Of a DNA stretch of 64,000 nucleotides, positions 1-10,765 are shown in pieces. Source of the DNA: a virus (Duplodnaviria > Heunggongvirae > Uroviricota > Caudoviricetes); the IMG/VR virus record IMGVR_UViG_3300033070_001087, positions 16,177 to 80,176 of that record; one strand, given 5' to 3'. Positions within the stretch are counted from its first letter, which is position 1; every line of letters starts with the position of its first letter. The position numbers and the translations under genes were made by a program. The notes beneath the pieces are model-generated. The model did not search any database and had not been told where the DNA came from. It saw nothing but the letters and a program-made list of their open reading frames with translations.

Positions 1-151
1 AATTCTTTATAAATTAAATCTAATTGTTCTATTTCATTATCTTGGTACTGTCTTCTTGTATTTAACATAGTTTAAAATTTACTATTTATTTTTTGTAATT
101 CTTTAGCAATTTTTATTAGTATTGCTGTTTTTACTGTTGCAGATGATTTTC

Positions 152-421
152 TCATTTTAATTTATTTATTTGTAAACAACAATATTCACAATGATAATTT
201 ATTTTTTCTATTATAAATTTTATTTCATTTAAAGTTAAACAATTTAAATTATCTACATTCTGTCTTTTTAATGTTCTTAAATACATAATTAATTCATTTA
301 ATATATCAGAATCTTTTTGAGAACAAGAACTACCTGATTGTTCAGCTAATGCTAAATTATAAGCTTTATTAGCTATACAACATTGAAGTTGAAATAATAT
401 ATCAATATATTCTTGTTGCAT
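152..421 (-). CDS. hypothetical Cys-rich small protein
   Basis: 89-aa ORF at the end of the minus-strand structural block. C-terminal CEYCC cluster. No family recognised. Confidence 0.3.
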   Translation of the reverse strand: MQQEYIDILFQLQCCIANKAYNLALAEQSGSSCSQKDSDILNELIMYLRTLKRQNVDNLNCLTLNEIKFIIEKINYHCEYCCLQINKLK

Positions 422-1491
422 TATGCTATTTTTTGAATTAGTATTACAGTTTTAAATGTGTTTCTAACATCTTCATTAATAGCATCAGGACTTATTTTTA
501 AACCATCAGTTACTCCATTAGCAGTAGTATTATTTGTAGTTTCATAGTATTCTTGATGTTCTCCTGCTCCAGCAGTTAATCCTTGACCTCCACCCCCAAC
601 TGAATGAACATTACTGTCTATATAACTATGAACATGTGCAGGAATATTACCCTTAGTTAAAGTAAAAGATAATGTATCAGAACCTCCAGTTTTAGCTGAT
701 TCATCATAATCTGTATTAGTATGGTCAAATCCTCTAAATGTTCCTTCAGTTAAATCTTCAGTTCCATTATTACCATTACATATAGCCCATTTTTTATATC
801 GAGCCGTATTTTTTCCTTTACCTGCTGTAAAAGCATTAGTAAAATCAAAATCTACTAAATTAATATTTGATATACCAATTTTATCACCAATATTAAATCC
901 TAAATCCCAATATTCATTTGATTGTAATATAGTAGTTATTTGATCAATTATTATATTTTCTATAGCTTGTTGGCTTAATACTTGCCTAACAGTTACAATT
1001 ATGTCAGCACTCGAAGTTTCACTAGAAGAATCTGTTATTGTATATTCAAAATCATCAACACCAAAAAAACCAGTATTTGGTATATATTTAATAGTAATAT
1101 TATCTCCTTCTACAGTTGCCGTTCCATTAGACGGAGGGTTTGTAATAGTTACAGTTACTTCTGGATAATATCTATCATTATTTATTACATCTATATAAAT
1201 TGTAGTATCTTGATCTATTGTTCTATAATCATTTACTGCTTTAGGTAAAACATTTATAGCAGTGTGAGTTTCACAAATAGTATCTATTATAGCTTGAGTT
1301 ATTTCATCTTGTGTATCATCTTCATTTATAATACCTGAATTAACTAAGCAATTTAAATCATATAAAGACCAATCCAGAACACCATCTGTTCCATTTGTAC
1401 CAGGTATTCCTTGTGGTCCTTGTGGTCCAGTAGGACCTCTTCCTGTAGTTATTACACTACTGCATGAGCATTTTCCTTTGCAATTACACAT
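421..1491 (-). CDS. tail fibre protein with collagen-like Gly-X-Y repeat
   Basis: 356 aa. N-terminal GRGPTGPQGPQGIPGTNGTDG gives 7 Gly-X-Y triplets. Thr, Asn and Gly-rich beta-type sequence. Distal position in the tail-fibre cluster. Confidence 0.55.
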   Translation of the reverse strand: MCNCKGKCSCSSVITTGRGPTGPQGPQGIPGTNGTDGVLDWSLYDLNCLVNSGIINEDDTQDEITQAIIDTICETHTAINVLPKAVNDYRTIDQDTTIYIDVINNDRYYPEVTVTITNPPSNGTATVEGDNITIKYIPNTGFFGVDDFEYTITDSSSETSSADIIVTVRQVLSQQAIENIIIDQITTILQSNEYWDLGFNIGDKIGISNINLVDFDFTNAFTAGKGKNTARYKKWAICNGNNGTEDLTEGTFRGFDHTNTDYDESAKTGGSDTLSFTLTKGNIPAHVHSYIDSNVHSVGGGGQGLTAGAGEHQEYYETTNNTTANGVTDGLKISPDAINEDVRNTFKTVILIQKIA

Positions 1492-2001
1492 TTAGCAATT
1501 TTTACAATTATAGTTTATTAATAAATTATTTAACCAATCTAATATTGCTTGAGCCTTGGTTAAGTCTCCACAAGCAATTGCTGCTTCTAAAGCATCTAAT
1601 TTTAATGTTGCATCTAAAGCTAAACTTTTTTTATCTTTATTACAATCATTACAATTATCTACTGCTATACTAGCAATGAAGCTATCTACTATACATTGTA
1701 TATTACATATAATAAAAATTTCTTCTTCAATTATATATTCTTCATCATCAATTACATAAGTAATTTTAATTTGATAAGTACCATCTTTTAATTTTGTCAA
1801 TCCTAAAGATGTAGAAGTTACTTCAAATTCATCTTCATAACCATTTAAATCAGAATCATATGTTGTATTATTATATTTTATTTGAATAGAACTACTATCA
1901 ATATCAGTTAATGGTATAATAGTATCCCAATCAGAAGAATCTTGAATTATAATTTTATTACAATTAGTTTGTATTATACAAACTGAATTTGTTACAGCCA
2001 T
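1492..2001 (-). CDS. hypothetical structural/tail-fibre-associated protein
   Basis: 169-aa ORF abutting the start of the tail-fibre gene. Acidic protein with repeated D and S residues. Confidence 0.35.
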   Translation of the reverse strand: MAVTNSVCIIQTNCNKIIIQDSSDWDTIIPLTDIDSSSIQIKYNNTTYDSDLNGYEDEFEVTSTSLGLTKLKDGTYQIKITYVIDDEEYIIEEEIFIICNIQCIVDSFIASIAVDNCNDCNKDKKSLALDATLKLDALEAAIACGDLTKAQAILDWLNNLLINYNCKNC

Positions 2002-2576
2002 TTTAAATATTTAATTAGTTTTGCGATTCCAATACCAGTTAGTATACATATAATTATGATAAAAAACCAAAAGGTGTATTTACCTAACTGCATGAAGAAT
2101 ACTTCTTTTTTCTTTAATTTTTTTTCAACAGGTACAGTAATTATTCGTGTTTCACTTGAGTCTATTGATTTTGAGATAAATTTCTCTTTGTGAGTATTAA
2201 AATATGAGAATGCTACTTTATTAGAGTCAATCTTACAATCAACATATAATGGTATAGAAATTCTTCTATTTTTTTCAGTAGTTGTTAAACTACTATCTCC
2301 AAATCTAAAGTGCATTTTTAGTTTTTCACCTTGTGTCGTATAAGCTTTAAATATCTGTGGATTATTTAATGAATCACAGTTAATATAAATTATACTTTTA
2401 GCACTATCAGGTAATTGCTGATAGAATGTATCAATTTTAGTTACATACTCTTTTTCACTTAAACTATCTTTAACAGTTACAGACTTATTCACACTTGTAC
2501 CAATATGTGATGTTGATTTACATGCTACCATTTGTAGTAGTATTATAAATAATAAAATCTTTAAAAACTTTTTCAT
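1992..2576 (-). CDS. putative lipoprotein / membrane-anchored protein
   Basis: N-terminal signal peptide ending in VACKS, which is lipobox-like. C-terminal hydrophobic helix. Confidence 0.4.
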   Translation of the reverse strand: MKKFLKILLFIILLQMVACKSTSHIGTSVNKSVTVKDSLSEKEYVTKIDTFYQQLPDSAKSIIYINCDSLNNPQIFKAYTTQGEKLKMHFRFGDSSLTTTEKNRRISIPLYVDCKIDSNKVAFSYFNTHKEKFISKSIDSSETRIITVPVEKKLKKKEVFFMQLGKYTFWFFIIIICILTGIGIAKLIKYLKWL

Positions 2577-2585
2577 ATTATATTT

Positions 2586-4061
2586 TTAAGCTGAAGTAAT
2601 TGTTTCCCAGCTACTAGACGTTCTTACACATAATTTATGAAGAGTAGTGTCATATACTATTAATCCTTCAGCGGGAGAAGAAATAGCATTTTTTTGAGTA
2701 GAGGTCATTCTTGGAGGTAAGAATCCTTGAGTAGTTGATTCGATTTTTAATTTTGCAGACGTTGTAAAAGTAGTTGTACCTAAATTTACATCACCAAAAA
2801 ATACATTTTTATCTAAAGCTCCTTCTTGATACACTCCATATTTATTTGTTATATATGCTGGAGTTGCTAAATTATTTGTACTATCTGCGAGAAATAAGTG
2901 ATAAAAATTACTTATTTCATTATGGTTTACATTCTGCGCAGTAATTAAACTATGATAATTAGCATAGTGAGTAATTTTAGCTTTATTAGCTGCATCATCA
3001 GTATCATTATCTAATTGAGTATATGCTAAATGATTTGCATATACACCAATATTACCACTATTTCCACCCATTGTCAAAGTAGATGTACCCACTCCTCTAA
3101 ATTGCACATAAGAAGATTGATTAGCAGCTTTAGCTGAAAAAGCTATTGTTTTTGAATTATTGACATATAATCTTGTAAGATTATTATCATTAAACAATCC
3201 AGTTCCAGCGCCTAATGAAAATCCTGTATCAATAGTAAATATACTATTTTTAAAATTTGTTGAAAATCCTTGTGATAAGCTATTTAAAGATTTAGTTAAT
3301 TTATGTGCAAATTTTAAACTTGTAGTACCAATTAATGTATTGTCATCTCCAAATATGTAATTTTTATTTCCAAAATAAAAATCGTAATTTCCAGTAAATG
3401 ATGTATTTTGAGTTAACACTGCTCCTAATTTAATTGGAGTAGATGCTTTACCATCACCAGTTATACCATTTATACTTGTTACTGCTGTACCTAAATTATC
3501 TAATGAACATGTATTTAAATCTGAACAAGAGAATGATGTACTTTCGGGTACATTTACAAAAAGATTACCATCAGTTCCTAATGTTAAATTATTTCCAGCA
3601 TTATTAGAAATAAGTCCTGACATTATCAAATTACCAGTTAAAGTGTGGTTATTTATACCTGAAACACTAAAATCAATTCTGGAAGAATCAACAACAGTTA
3701 AAGGTGTTTGTGTTACTTGTGGAACAAATAAACCATTTGAAAGAATTGAAAGCTGATTTCCTGCATTACCTGATATTTTTACTACTCCTGTTAGTGTATG
3801 ATTTGATACACCAGAAGTTGTAAAATCTATTGACGAAGAATCATTTACTATTATAGGACTTTCTGATAATCCTGGAAATATAACATCTCCTTCCTTAATT
3901 CTTTCATTAAGCCATTCTAATAAAGGAATAGAATAATTAGGAACTGGAGCCATTCCAGCATGTCTTTCATTACCTATAAGACGAGCATCATTTCTTACTC
4001 TTTTCTTTTCAGTAAGTCTAAGATTGTTTTGTAGATATATTTCTTTAGGATAGTGTGGCAT
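2586..4061 (-). CDS. tail fibre / receptor-binding protein with internal tandem repeats
   Basis: 491 aa. Imperfect repeats of the form SSxIDF(T/S)xSGxxNHTLTGxxxxSGxxxNN-LxL, at least 2 to 3 copies. Asn, Thr and Gly-rich beta-type sequence. Confidence 0.5.
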   Translation of the reverse strand: MPHYPKEIYLQNNLRLTEKKRVRNDARLIGNERHAGMAPVPNYSIPLLEWLNERIKEGDVIFPGLSESPIIVNDSSSIDFTTSGVSNHTLTGVVKISGNAGNQLSILSNGLFVPQVTQTPLTVVDSSRIDFSVSGINNHTLTGNLIMSGLISNNAGNNLTLGTDGNLFVNVPESTSFSCSDLNTCSLDNLGTAVTSINGITGDGKASTPIKLGAVLTQNTSFTGNYDFYFGNKNYIFGDDNTLIGTTSLKFAHKLTKSLNSLSQGFSTNFKNSIFTIDTGFSLGAGTGLFNDNNLTRLYVNNSKTIAFSAKAANQSSYVQFRGVGTSTLTMGGNSGNIGVYANHLAYTQLDNDTDDAANKAKITHYANYHSLITAQNVNHNEISNFYHLFLADSTNNLATPAYITNKYGVYQEGALDKNVFFGDVNLGTTTFTTSAKLKIESTTQGFLPPRMTSTQKNAISSPAEGLIVYDTTLHKLCVRTSSSWETITSA

Positions 4062-4459
4062 TATATAATATCGTATATATAGTCTTTTAGATTAATAGTG
4101 TTTTTTAAAGGAACGAAACCAATATTTCTACTATCTAGTTTTTTAAGTTTGTTAAGAATTATATTCTTAGAGATGTGAATTGGTTTTATTGAATAATCTA
4201 AAATTAAGAGATTGATGTAAGACTTAATAGAAAATTTAAGAGATTGATTTGAAAATGTTACTTGATATTCTGGTACACTAAATTGTTTCTTTAGTATATA
4301 ATAATCAGGTAAACTAGTAAGAGAAAGACTATTATTCTTTCTATACTTAATTTTTGCAAAATAATCCTTTAGATCTATTGTATTACTAAGATTTCTAAGA
4401 ACTTCATCGTCCTTGGAAATTCTAACAACTTCAATTTGCTCTGTAGTTACTAATTTCAT
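4061..4459 (-). CDS. hypothetical protein
   Basis: 132-aa ORF. Its start overlaps the stop of the upstream gene. Confidence 0.35.
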   Translation of the reverse strand: MKLVTTEQIEVVRISKDDEVLRNLSNTIDLKDYFAKIKYRKNNSLSLTSLPDYYILKKQFSVPEYQVTFSNQSLKFSIKSYINLLILDYSIKPIHISKNIILNKLKKLDSRNIGFVPLKNTINLKDYIYDII

Positions 4460-4523
4460 TTTTGTGTTTTAATATAGAAATAAGACTCCCTGTATTTCAA
4501 GAGAGTCTTATTTGAAGTTTTTA

Positions 4524-6272
4524 TTAACCTAAGATACTAACGATTGGGGCATCGGTAGAGTTAATCCAAGGTAGGATTACTGTAGTCACTAATGACACTG
4601 CACCTGAATCCGGAGTTAATTGTCCACCTGAATCAACATTAGGAATTAAGATAATTGCTTTGAAAGGTTTAACAATACTATCTGTACCAATTAGGTCTGC
4701 ATGATAATGCTCAATAATTGCTGCATCATAATATGTACCATCTATGATTGGAACTGGATATTCAGTTTTCATCTCTTCAAAACCTCTGTAAGCAGAGTAT
4801 TTTCTTAAATTAGCTGTTTCTTTATAAAACATACTCCATTGTCTACTCAAACCTTCACCCTCAAATGCTGTTTGAATTTTAGCATTTTTAACTGTATTGT
4901 AGTTAAAGCCTTCTAACAAACCAACCTCAATACGAGATTTAACTTGTTTAGTTCTGTCTTCAAATACAACATCTCTATCTAATGCCATTAACATAAGAGC
5001 ATCTGCGATTCCAGAAACTACTGTTGCTGCTTGTAAAGTTGTATTACCCCAAGAAGCATTAGTAACTGTATCAGTTGATGCACTAGCTGCACTACCTCTA
5101 ACTACCATTACAGTTCCAGGAGCGTTTTGAGCTCTGATACCTTCAGGTTGAGCAACTGTAGCAGCTGCATAAGCTGTTCCAGCACCTGCACCTAAGTTAA
5201 TAGCTGCAATTAAGTTATTAATAGAATCAGCAGCAGTTGCACCAATTTTAACATTACCATCCACATTTGTTAAAGTACTTTGGAATGTATATGTTTTACT
5301 ACCTACAACTACTGTTTCAGTATTAGATGGTTGACCAGTAAATGTTAGAATTCCTTTATAACCAGCAGAAATTGTACTTCCTGATGGAGATAACAATGAT
5401 GTTCCACCTGTTCCACCTGCATTAGTCAAGTCAATAGGTACAATAGTGGCATCTGCTGGTAAGCCAGAATTAATGAAACTGTTTATAATTTCTTGAGTAA
5501 ATACTATACTTCTAATACCAATATTAGTATTAACAACAGGTATTGCTGTACCAGCTGTGACAGTTCTAGGATCTATACCTTGAGTACCAGTTGTATCAAC
5601 TGCGAATGCAATAATTGGTTTTTTAGCTTGGAAGCCTTTTGTGAAAGACAAAGCTTTAGAATTTTTATTAACTACGTAACCTATATTCTGAACGATATCA
5701 TCGATAGCTTTTGCAGTTGTATAAGTCAAAGTTGTATAATCTTTCGATGTATAACTCGGAGTTAAAGAATTTGGATGTGTGCCTGAATAAGCTTCATCAA
5801 AATCTTTACCATAAAATGCAACTTTCAAACTATAGATTGATTCATCTAAAACATTAATTGCACCAGCATTACCTACTGTGTCACCTATAATAACAGTGTC
5901 ATACGTTGGACGCTTAGCTGATTTATAAGTATAGATAATTTTATTGTTACCAACAATTGGCTCTGATTTTTCATATGGTCTAGTTTCCAAAGGATAAGGT
6001 AGAACATTAGAAGGATTTGATGCAGAAGGATTACCTTGCACGATAAAAATATCAGGTGCATTAGTAACTGTACCACCAGCTGCGATTGTTTGATTTGATG
6101 CTGTAGTACCATAGCCACCATAGCTAAATACTTTTACTTCACCATCTACCAAGTCTACTTTTCCAGTAGAAGCATCAGTTAATGGTTCACCACCAGCATG
6201 TGCGGTTGTAACACCAGCTTTTGCAACAAAAATTTGTTCAATAGGACGTTTGTTGTCTCTTGTTCGATTCAT
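4524..6272 (-). CDS. virion structural protein (tail tube/sheath or capsid-associated; unresolved)
   Basis: 582 aa. Gly, Thr, Ala and Ser-rich. Sits in the structural operon downstream of the capsid genes. Confidence 0.45.
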   Translation of the reverse strand: MNRTRDNKRPIEQIFVAKAGVTTAHAGGEPLTDASTGKVDLVDGEVKVFSYGGYGTTASNQTIAAGGTVTNAPDIFIVQGNPSASNPSNVLPYPLETRPYEKSEPIVGNNKIIYTYKSAKRPTYDTVIIGDTVGNAGAINVLDESIYSLKVAFYGKDFDEAYSGTHPNSLTPSYTSKDYTTLTYTTAKAIDDIVQNIGYVVNKNSKALSFTKGFQAKKPIIAFAVDTTGTQGIDPRTVTAGTAIPVVNTNIGIRSIVFTQEIINSFINSGLPADATIVPIDLTNAGGTGGTSLLSPSGSTISAGYKGILTFTGQPSNTETVVVGSKTYTFQSTLTNVDGNVKIGATAADSINNLIAAINLGAGAGTAYAAATVAQPEGIRAQNAPGTVMVVRGSAASASTDTVTNASWGNTTLQAATVVSGIADALMLMALDRDVVFEDRTKQVKSRIEVGLLEGFNYNTVKNAKIQTAFEGEGLSRQWSMFYKETANLRKYSAYRGFEEMKTEYPVPIIDGTYYDAAIIEHYHADLIGTDSIVKPFKAIILIPNVDSGGQLTPDSGAVSLVTTVILPWINSTDAPIVSILG

Positions 6273-6290
6273 TTGTTTTTAATTTAATTA

Positions 6291-7040
6291 TTATTCGTTT
6301 TCTTTTAATTTTTGCTGTCTTAATTGGTAAAATTGTGGATTTTCAATTATTCTTGAACATTCAAGAACAGCTAAATCTACAATCTCATTGTGAGTATGTT
6401 CAGGTAAGTCACATTGTACTATTGGATCACCAACGGTATTTTGTCCATCTTTAGTATTATATGTACCTATCCATACTTTGTTTGGTTTCTTAAGGTATTC
6501 TGGGTAAATCTCAACTATTTCGAAATTGTCGGTATATACATATATACTACCCTTTTGATCTTGTGCTTCATCAGTTCTTGCCTCAACAGCTAAGGCTTCT
6601 CCCCATATGAAATCAGGCTTAAAAAACTCATCTTCTAATGCAGTAGATAAATCATCATGTTGTGTTTGTCTAACTTTAATTACTTTAGTACAATCATCTT
6701 TTTTTACTTTTGCAGTTAATCTTGTTAAAAACCAATATGGAAATTTAAAGTCTGAGATTCTAAACTCGTATACGTCGCCCTGGTGTTGAACAGGCATCAC
6801 ACCAGGTTGTAAAACTGTAGGCGACTTTATTTGTAGAGTTCGTAAATCATCAGTTCGTTTCTGTATAGATTCGAAGCCTGCTCTCTTTGAATTATTTTGT
6901 CCATATCTTTGTTTAACAAAGATTTGTATAGCTTCATTAATTATCCAATCAATCTCATTAGGTAAAAAGTTTTTCTTAGACATGGAATCAACCTTGTCTA
7001 TTTTAACCTTAAAATCATAATGCATTTCATTGATTGTCAT
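6291..7040 (-). CDS. hypothetical structural-module protein
   Basis: 249-aa ORF in the morphogenesis operon. Confidence 0.4.
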   Translation of the reverse strand: MTINEMHYDFKVKIDKVDSMSKKNFLPNEIDWIINEAIQIFVKQRYGQNNSKRAGFESIQKRTDDLRTLQIKSPTVLQPGVMPVQHQGDVYEFRISDFKFPYWFLTRLTAKVKKDDCTKVIKVRQTQHDDLSTALEDEFFKPDFIWGEALAVEARTDEAQDQKGSIYVYTDNFEIVEIYPEYLKKPNKVWIGTYNTKDGQNTVGDPIVQCDLPEHTHNEIVDLAVLECSRIIENPQFYQLRQQKLKENE

Positions 7041-7042
7041 TC

Positions 7043-8053
7043 TTATCTAATTAATTTTGCTTTTAACTGTCTTTCCAGCTCGTCTCTTTCAGGTTGTTTT
7101 TTAGGATCAAGCAAGAAGTCTACTGCTTCTACTTTTCTTTGACCTATGATAATCTGTTTAGAAATCCAAGTATAAGTACCCCTTGAATCTGTAACAATTC
7201 TATAGTTAACTAAGTCTTCTAATAGTACTGTTGCTTCAAGTTCATTTCTACCTTCAGCTGATTGTGTTAAAGAATAAACTTCTAAAAATTTAGTTAAGTT
7301 GTCTTCTTTTGTTCTTAATCCTTCTTCAATAAAAGTATCTAAGATTAAATAGATTTGTTCATCTGGAATGGTTGTTACATCACCTTTAACTAATTGTAAT
7401 ACTTTACACACTTTTCTTTGGTAAGAAGGAGTGAATTTAGGATCATTCAATTTAGTGTTAGCTTCACCATATAATTTTTTCTTAGTGAACTTCTCTTGAA
7501 TAGATTCGTTCTTATCAGCAATATAGAAATCTGCTCGTGGTTTTTTATGTCTATCTTCTGGTTTATTAGACTCTGCTACCTTTGGACTAGCTTTTAACAT
7601 GTAATAAGCTATTTCTTCCAATGGGTTAGATAAATCTAATATTGTTGCACCATCATTTAGAGAATATTTAAATTGCTGAAAAAATGTTAGATTCTCAGGT
7701 TTATAACCATCTCTTGGATTCCAAGCTCTATTTGTATAGAAGTTTTTAGGTTTCCCATGTTTTACTTCTAATAGTTCTTGAAGTGTTGCAGTTTCTTGTG
7801 CTTTCAAATATTCGAACTCTTTAGGAAGATCTTTGGTTGACTTGTAATAAAGATTGTTAACAACCTTATCAAGTCCTGTTAATAAAGCACCTGTTCTTGA
7901 AGAGTAGAATGCTCTAATAGTATCCTTACATCTTCCTAATTTAGTTCGGTTTAATTTCTTCCCATTCGCACCGTTTCTAAACTCAGAGACTTTAGAAGCG
8001 GTTTCACGGGGTATCGTTTTAATAATAACTTTTGTTGATTCAATATTCGTCAT
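7043..8053 (-). CDS. hypothetical structural-module protein
   Basis: 336-aa ORF immediately downstream of the putative capsid gene. Confidence 0.4.
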   Translation of the reverse strand: MTNIESTKVIIKTIPRETASKVSEFRNGANGKKLNRTKLGRCKDTIRAFYSSRTGALLTGLDKVVNNLYYKSTKDLPKEFEYLKAQETATLQELLEVKHGKPKNFYTNRAWNPRDGYKPENLTFFQQFKYSLNDGATILDLSNPLEEIAYYMLKASPKVAESNKPEDRHKKPRADFYIADKNESIQEKFTKKKLYGEANTKLNDPKFTPSYQRKVCKVLQLVKGDVTTIPDEQIYLILDTFIEEGLRTKEDNLTKFLEVYSLTQSAEGRNELEATVLLEDLVNYRIVTDSRGTYTWISKQIIIGQRKVEAVDFLLDPKKQPERDELERQLKAKLIR

Positions 8054-8075
8054 TTGCCTGTTTAATTAACTTTTA

Positions 8076-9527
8076 TTAATAATCAAAATCTAAAATAAGC
8101 TCACCACCACGAGTAGGGTCTGTCATATGAATAGATCCTGTACCTGATATAAAGTAAGTAACACTTCTATCCATTGTAGCAACTCCACCACCTTGAACTG
8201 GTTTGCCATCTTTTCCAATAATACCTGAATGATATCCATAAGTGAAAGTATCTTTTTCTTTAATAACTTTGATGTTATCTTGACCATCTTTGCTACCAAA
8301 ATCTAATACTGTCATTCTCCAAGAATCAATTGGTTTATCAGTATGGATTGGGTGCATTTTTTTACAGTACTTACGAGAATCGTATAATGGATTCTTAACT
8401 ACTGTTACATCCAAACCTTCTGGTCCAATATAATGTGTAAACTGAGCACCATATGATAAGTGTCTAGGATCTGAACCAGTGATGTAGTGACTATCAACTG
8501 TCAAGAATGAACTTGCAGAACTTGCCAATAAATCATGGAACATAATAGAACCCATAGTACCTGTCATCAAAGTTACTTTTCTGTTATTCTCATCCTCACG
8601 AGAGAAGAAGATATCCATTAAGTATTCTTTTAACATTTGCTCTGTCAATGGACCATTGTAATATTCTACCCAACCATCTTTCAACAATTGACGAAGACCA
8701 GGTGCTTGGCGTTTGATATATCCATCAGGACCATTACCAGTGAATTTTTCACCATACCACCATTGGGCTTCCATTGACATATAGAATTCATTATCCATTT
8801 TAGCCTGAGCCATAGGAATGAATTTCTCTACTTTTTTACCTTTGTAGGTAAAAGGAATACCAAAGCGACCATCACGTCTAAATGCTTTGTCAGTTACAGT
8901 TAATTTTTGAGCAAAACCACCAATTTGAGACTCTAATTGAAATACACCTCTGTAAGATTGTGTACCATAATCAGTATTCATCTCAGATTGAACAGTTGTC
9001 CAAACTTTACTAAATTCTTTACCAGCATCTAATAATTCCAATGGAATAAATTTAGAGTAGTCATCTGTTTCCAATTGACATAGGTAAACATAACCTGTAC
9101 CTTCTTGGAATGGACCTTCTAACACTTGAATAGCATAATCATTGTCTTCTCCAAAAATTACATCCGGTCGAGAAAACCAATCCTCATCCAATTTAATTTT
9201 GAAACTTGTTTTGTTAATACCAGGTGTCATATTACCTGCTGCTCTTTCAAGATTCTCTACAGAGCGTAAACATTTATCTTCAGAACCTTCAAGGTACCAT
9301 CGATAGATGTCTGTTTCTAATTCCAAAGTTTTACCTTTGGCTACAGTCATACCAAGTAAAGGTTTACCATTAAACCTGTCAGTTGAACTGTAAATTTGTG
9401 CTAACGTTTGCTCAAGCACTTGTGGCTTGTCTGTATCGTAAGCTGCGGCTAAGTGATCGGAATCTGTGAAGTTTCCACCTGCCATACCTTCATAATGTTT
9501 TATTGTCTGAAAAGGTAATTGTGCCAT
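8076..9527 (-). CDS. putative major capsid protein
   Basis: 483 aa. Gene order is terminase, portal, scaffold, then this ORF. No motif-level proof. Confidence 0.4.
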   Translation of the reverse strand: MAQLPFQTIKHYEGMAGGNFTDSDHLAAAYDTDKPQVLEQTLAQIYSSTDRFNGKPLLGMTVAKGKTLELETDIYRWYLEGSEDKCLRSVENLERAAGNMTPGINKTSFKIKLDEDWFSRPDVIFGEDNDYAIQVLEGPFQEGTGYVYLCQLETDDYSKFIPLELLDAGKEFSKVWTTVQSEMNTDYGTQSYRGVFQLESQIGGFAQKLTVTDKAFRRDGRFGIPFTYKGKKVEKFIPMAQAKMDNEFYMSMEAQWWYGEKFTGNGPDGYIKRQAPGLRQLLKDGWVEYYNGPLTEQMLKEYLMDIFFSREDENNRKVTLMTGTMGSIMFHDLLASSASSFLTVDSHYITGSDPRHLSYGAQFTHYIGPEGLDVTVVKNPLYDSRKYCKKMHPIHTDKPIDSWRMTVLDFGSKDGQDNIKVIKEKDTFTYGYHSGIIGKDGKPVQGGGVATMDRSVTYFISGTGSIHMTDPTRGGELILDFDY

Positions 9528-9580
9528 TTTTTAATACGTTTTGTTAATAATTGATTTTAAATTTATTCGAAATAGTGTGT

Positions 9581-10690
9581 TTAATATTTGAAGCCTAAAC
9601 TCGCCTTTGATAAGTCGAAGTCTGATTGACTCTGTCCGCTCTTACCATTGGTTTTATTTTTTACATTTGTATTTTTGAAATCTCGTATAGACTTCTTGAT
9701 ATTTTTTGTTGCTATTGTTTCTGCTTTTTTTTGCATTTTTGAGAAGTCAAATCCTTTCTCTGTTGAATTTAGTAAAAGATCAGCTAAAACTAAAACTTTA
9801 TCTGGATCATTTAAAACTTGAGTTAATTTATCATTAAACTCTGTAGTAATATTTCCATCATCTAATTTAATTGGTTTGTAAATTGCATTAAAGATTCGAT
9901 CTTTATTTGCATCATTAATTACATATCCATTATAATCAGATGTAGTTTGTAACTTAGTTTTAAGAATATTTTGAGATTCTTTATAAGCCTTTTCTTGTAC
10001 TACTTTCTTTTCAGCAGCCATTCTAGTTTCTTCTTCGATTCTTTTCTTTTCTTCTTTTTCTAAGTATTTAACTGCAATACCTAATTCTTTTCCTAATTTG
10101 ATGTCATTTTCAGCTAAGTCCTCAATTAAACTATCAATGTCTGCATCTTCATAATCTTTACTCTTGTAGAATTCTCTAATTACTTCTAACTTTTCATCTA
10201 CTTTAAGAGTCTCTGTATCCATGTTTTGATAAGACTCAATTTTTTTAATTGATTTCTCTATTTTAAAAGCATCCAATCCTTCTTTAGAAGTTAAGTATTT
10301 AACTGCTTCTTGAAAAGCTAATTGATTACGAAAGTTCTCAGAATCCTCAAAAGCTTTCTGTAAGCCTTCTTCAGTATCTTCATACTCATAATCATCAGGT
10401 AAAAGAAGAATGCCTTTTTCAAGTAAACTTGACATTGTCTTACCTATTTCACTAAGCTCAACTTCTTCAGTTGTTTCTTCTTCCTCTTCTTCTTCAGTTT
10501 CAGTTGTTTCTTCAACTACTTCTTCTATCTTTTCTTCTTTAATTTCAGGTTTTTTCTTATCTTCTTCAACTTCTTCAACCTCTTCTTTAAAGTTTTCTCC
10601 TGGAATAAATGCGGACTCATCTGGAATTGTAAACAACTCTAAATTAAATCCTTCTAGTTTTTCCTCAAATTTTTCTGCCTGTTCTATCAT
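9581..10690 (-). CDS. scaffolding-like acidic coiled-coil protein
   Basis: 369 aa. Long poly-Glu and Glu/Lys low-complexity tracts. Lies between the portal and the capsid gene. Confidence 0.45.
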   Translation of the reverse strand: MIEQAEKFEEKLEGFNLELFTIPDESAFIPGENFKEEVEEVEEDKKKPEIKEEKIEEVVEETTETEEEEEEETTEEVELSEIGKTMSSLLEKGILLLPDDYEYEDTEEGLQKAFEDSENFRNQLAFQEAVKYLTSKEGLDAFKIEKSIKKIESYQNMDTETLKVDEKLEVIREFYKSKDYEDADIDSLIEDLAENDIKLGKELGIAVKYLEKEEKKRIEEETRMAAEKKVVQEKAYKESQNILKTKLQTTSDYNGYVINDANKDRIFNAIYKPIKLDDGNITTEFNDKLTQVLNDPDKVLVLADLLLNSTEKGFDFSKMQKKAETIATKNIKKSIRDFKNTNVKNKTNGKSGQSQSDFDLSKASLGFKY

Positions 10691-10765
10691 ATTTTAAGTT
10701 TGCAAAGTTATGAAATTATTTTTATCTAGTAATATTTTTTTATTAAAGCTTAACAACTATAGCTT

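Noticed and set aside
982-1673. Plus-strand ORFs 982-1248, 1464-1673 and 1556-1759 overlapping minus-strand tail-fibre genes
   Set aside because: They lie antisense within long, well-supported minus-strand genes. They have Ile, Tyr and Ser-rich low-complexity translations typical of AT-rich antisense frames. Judged spurious.
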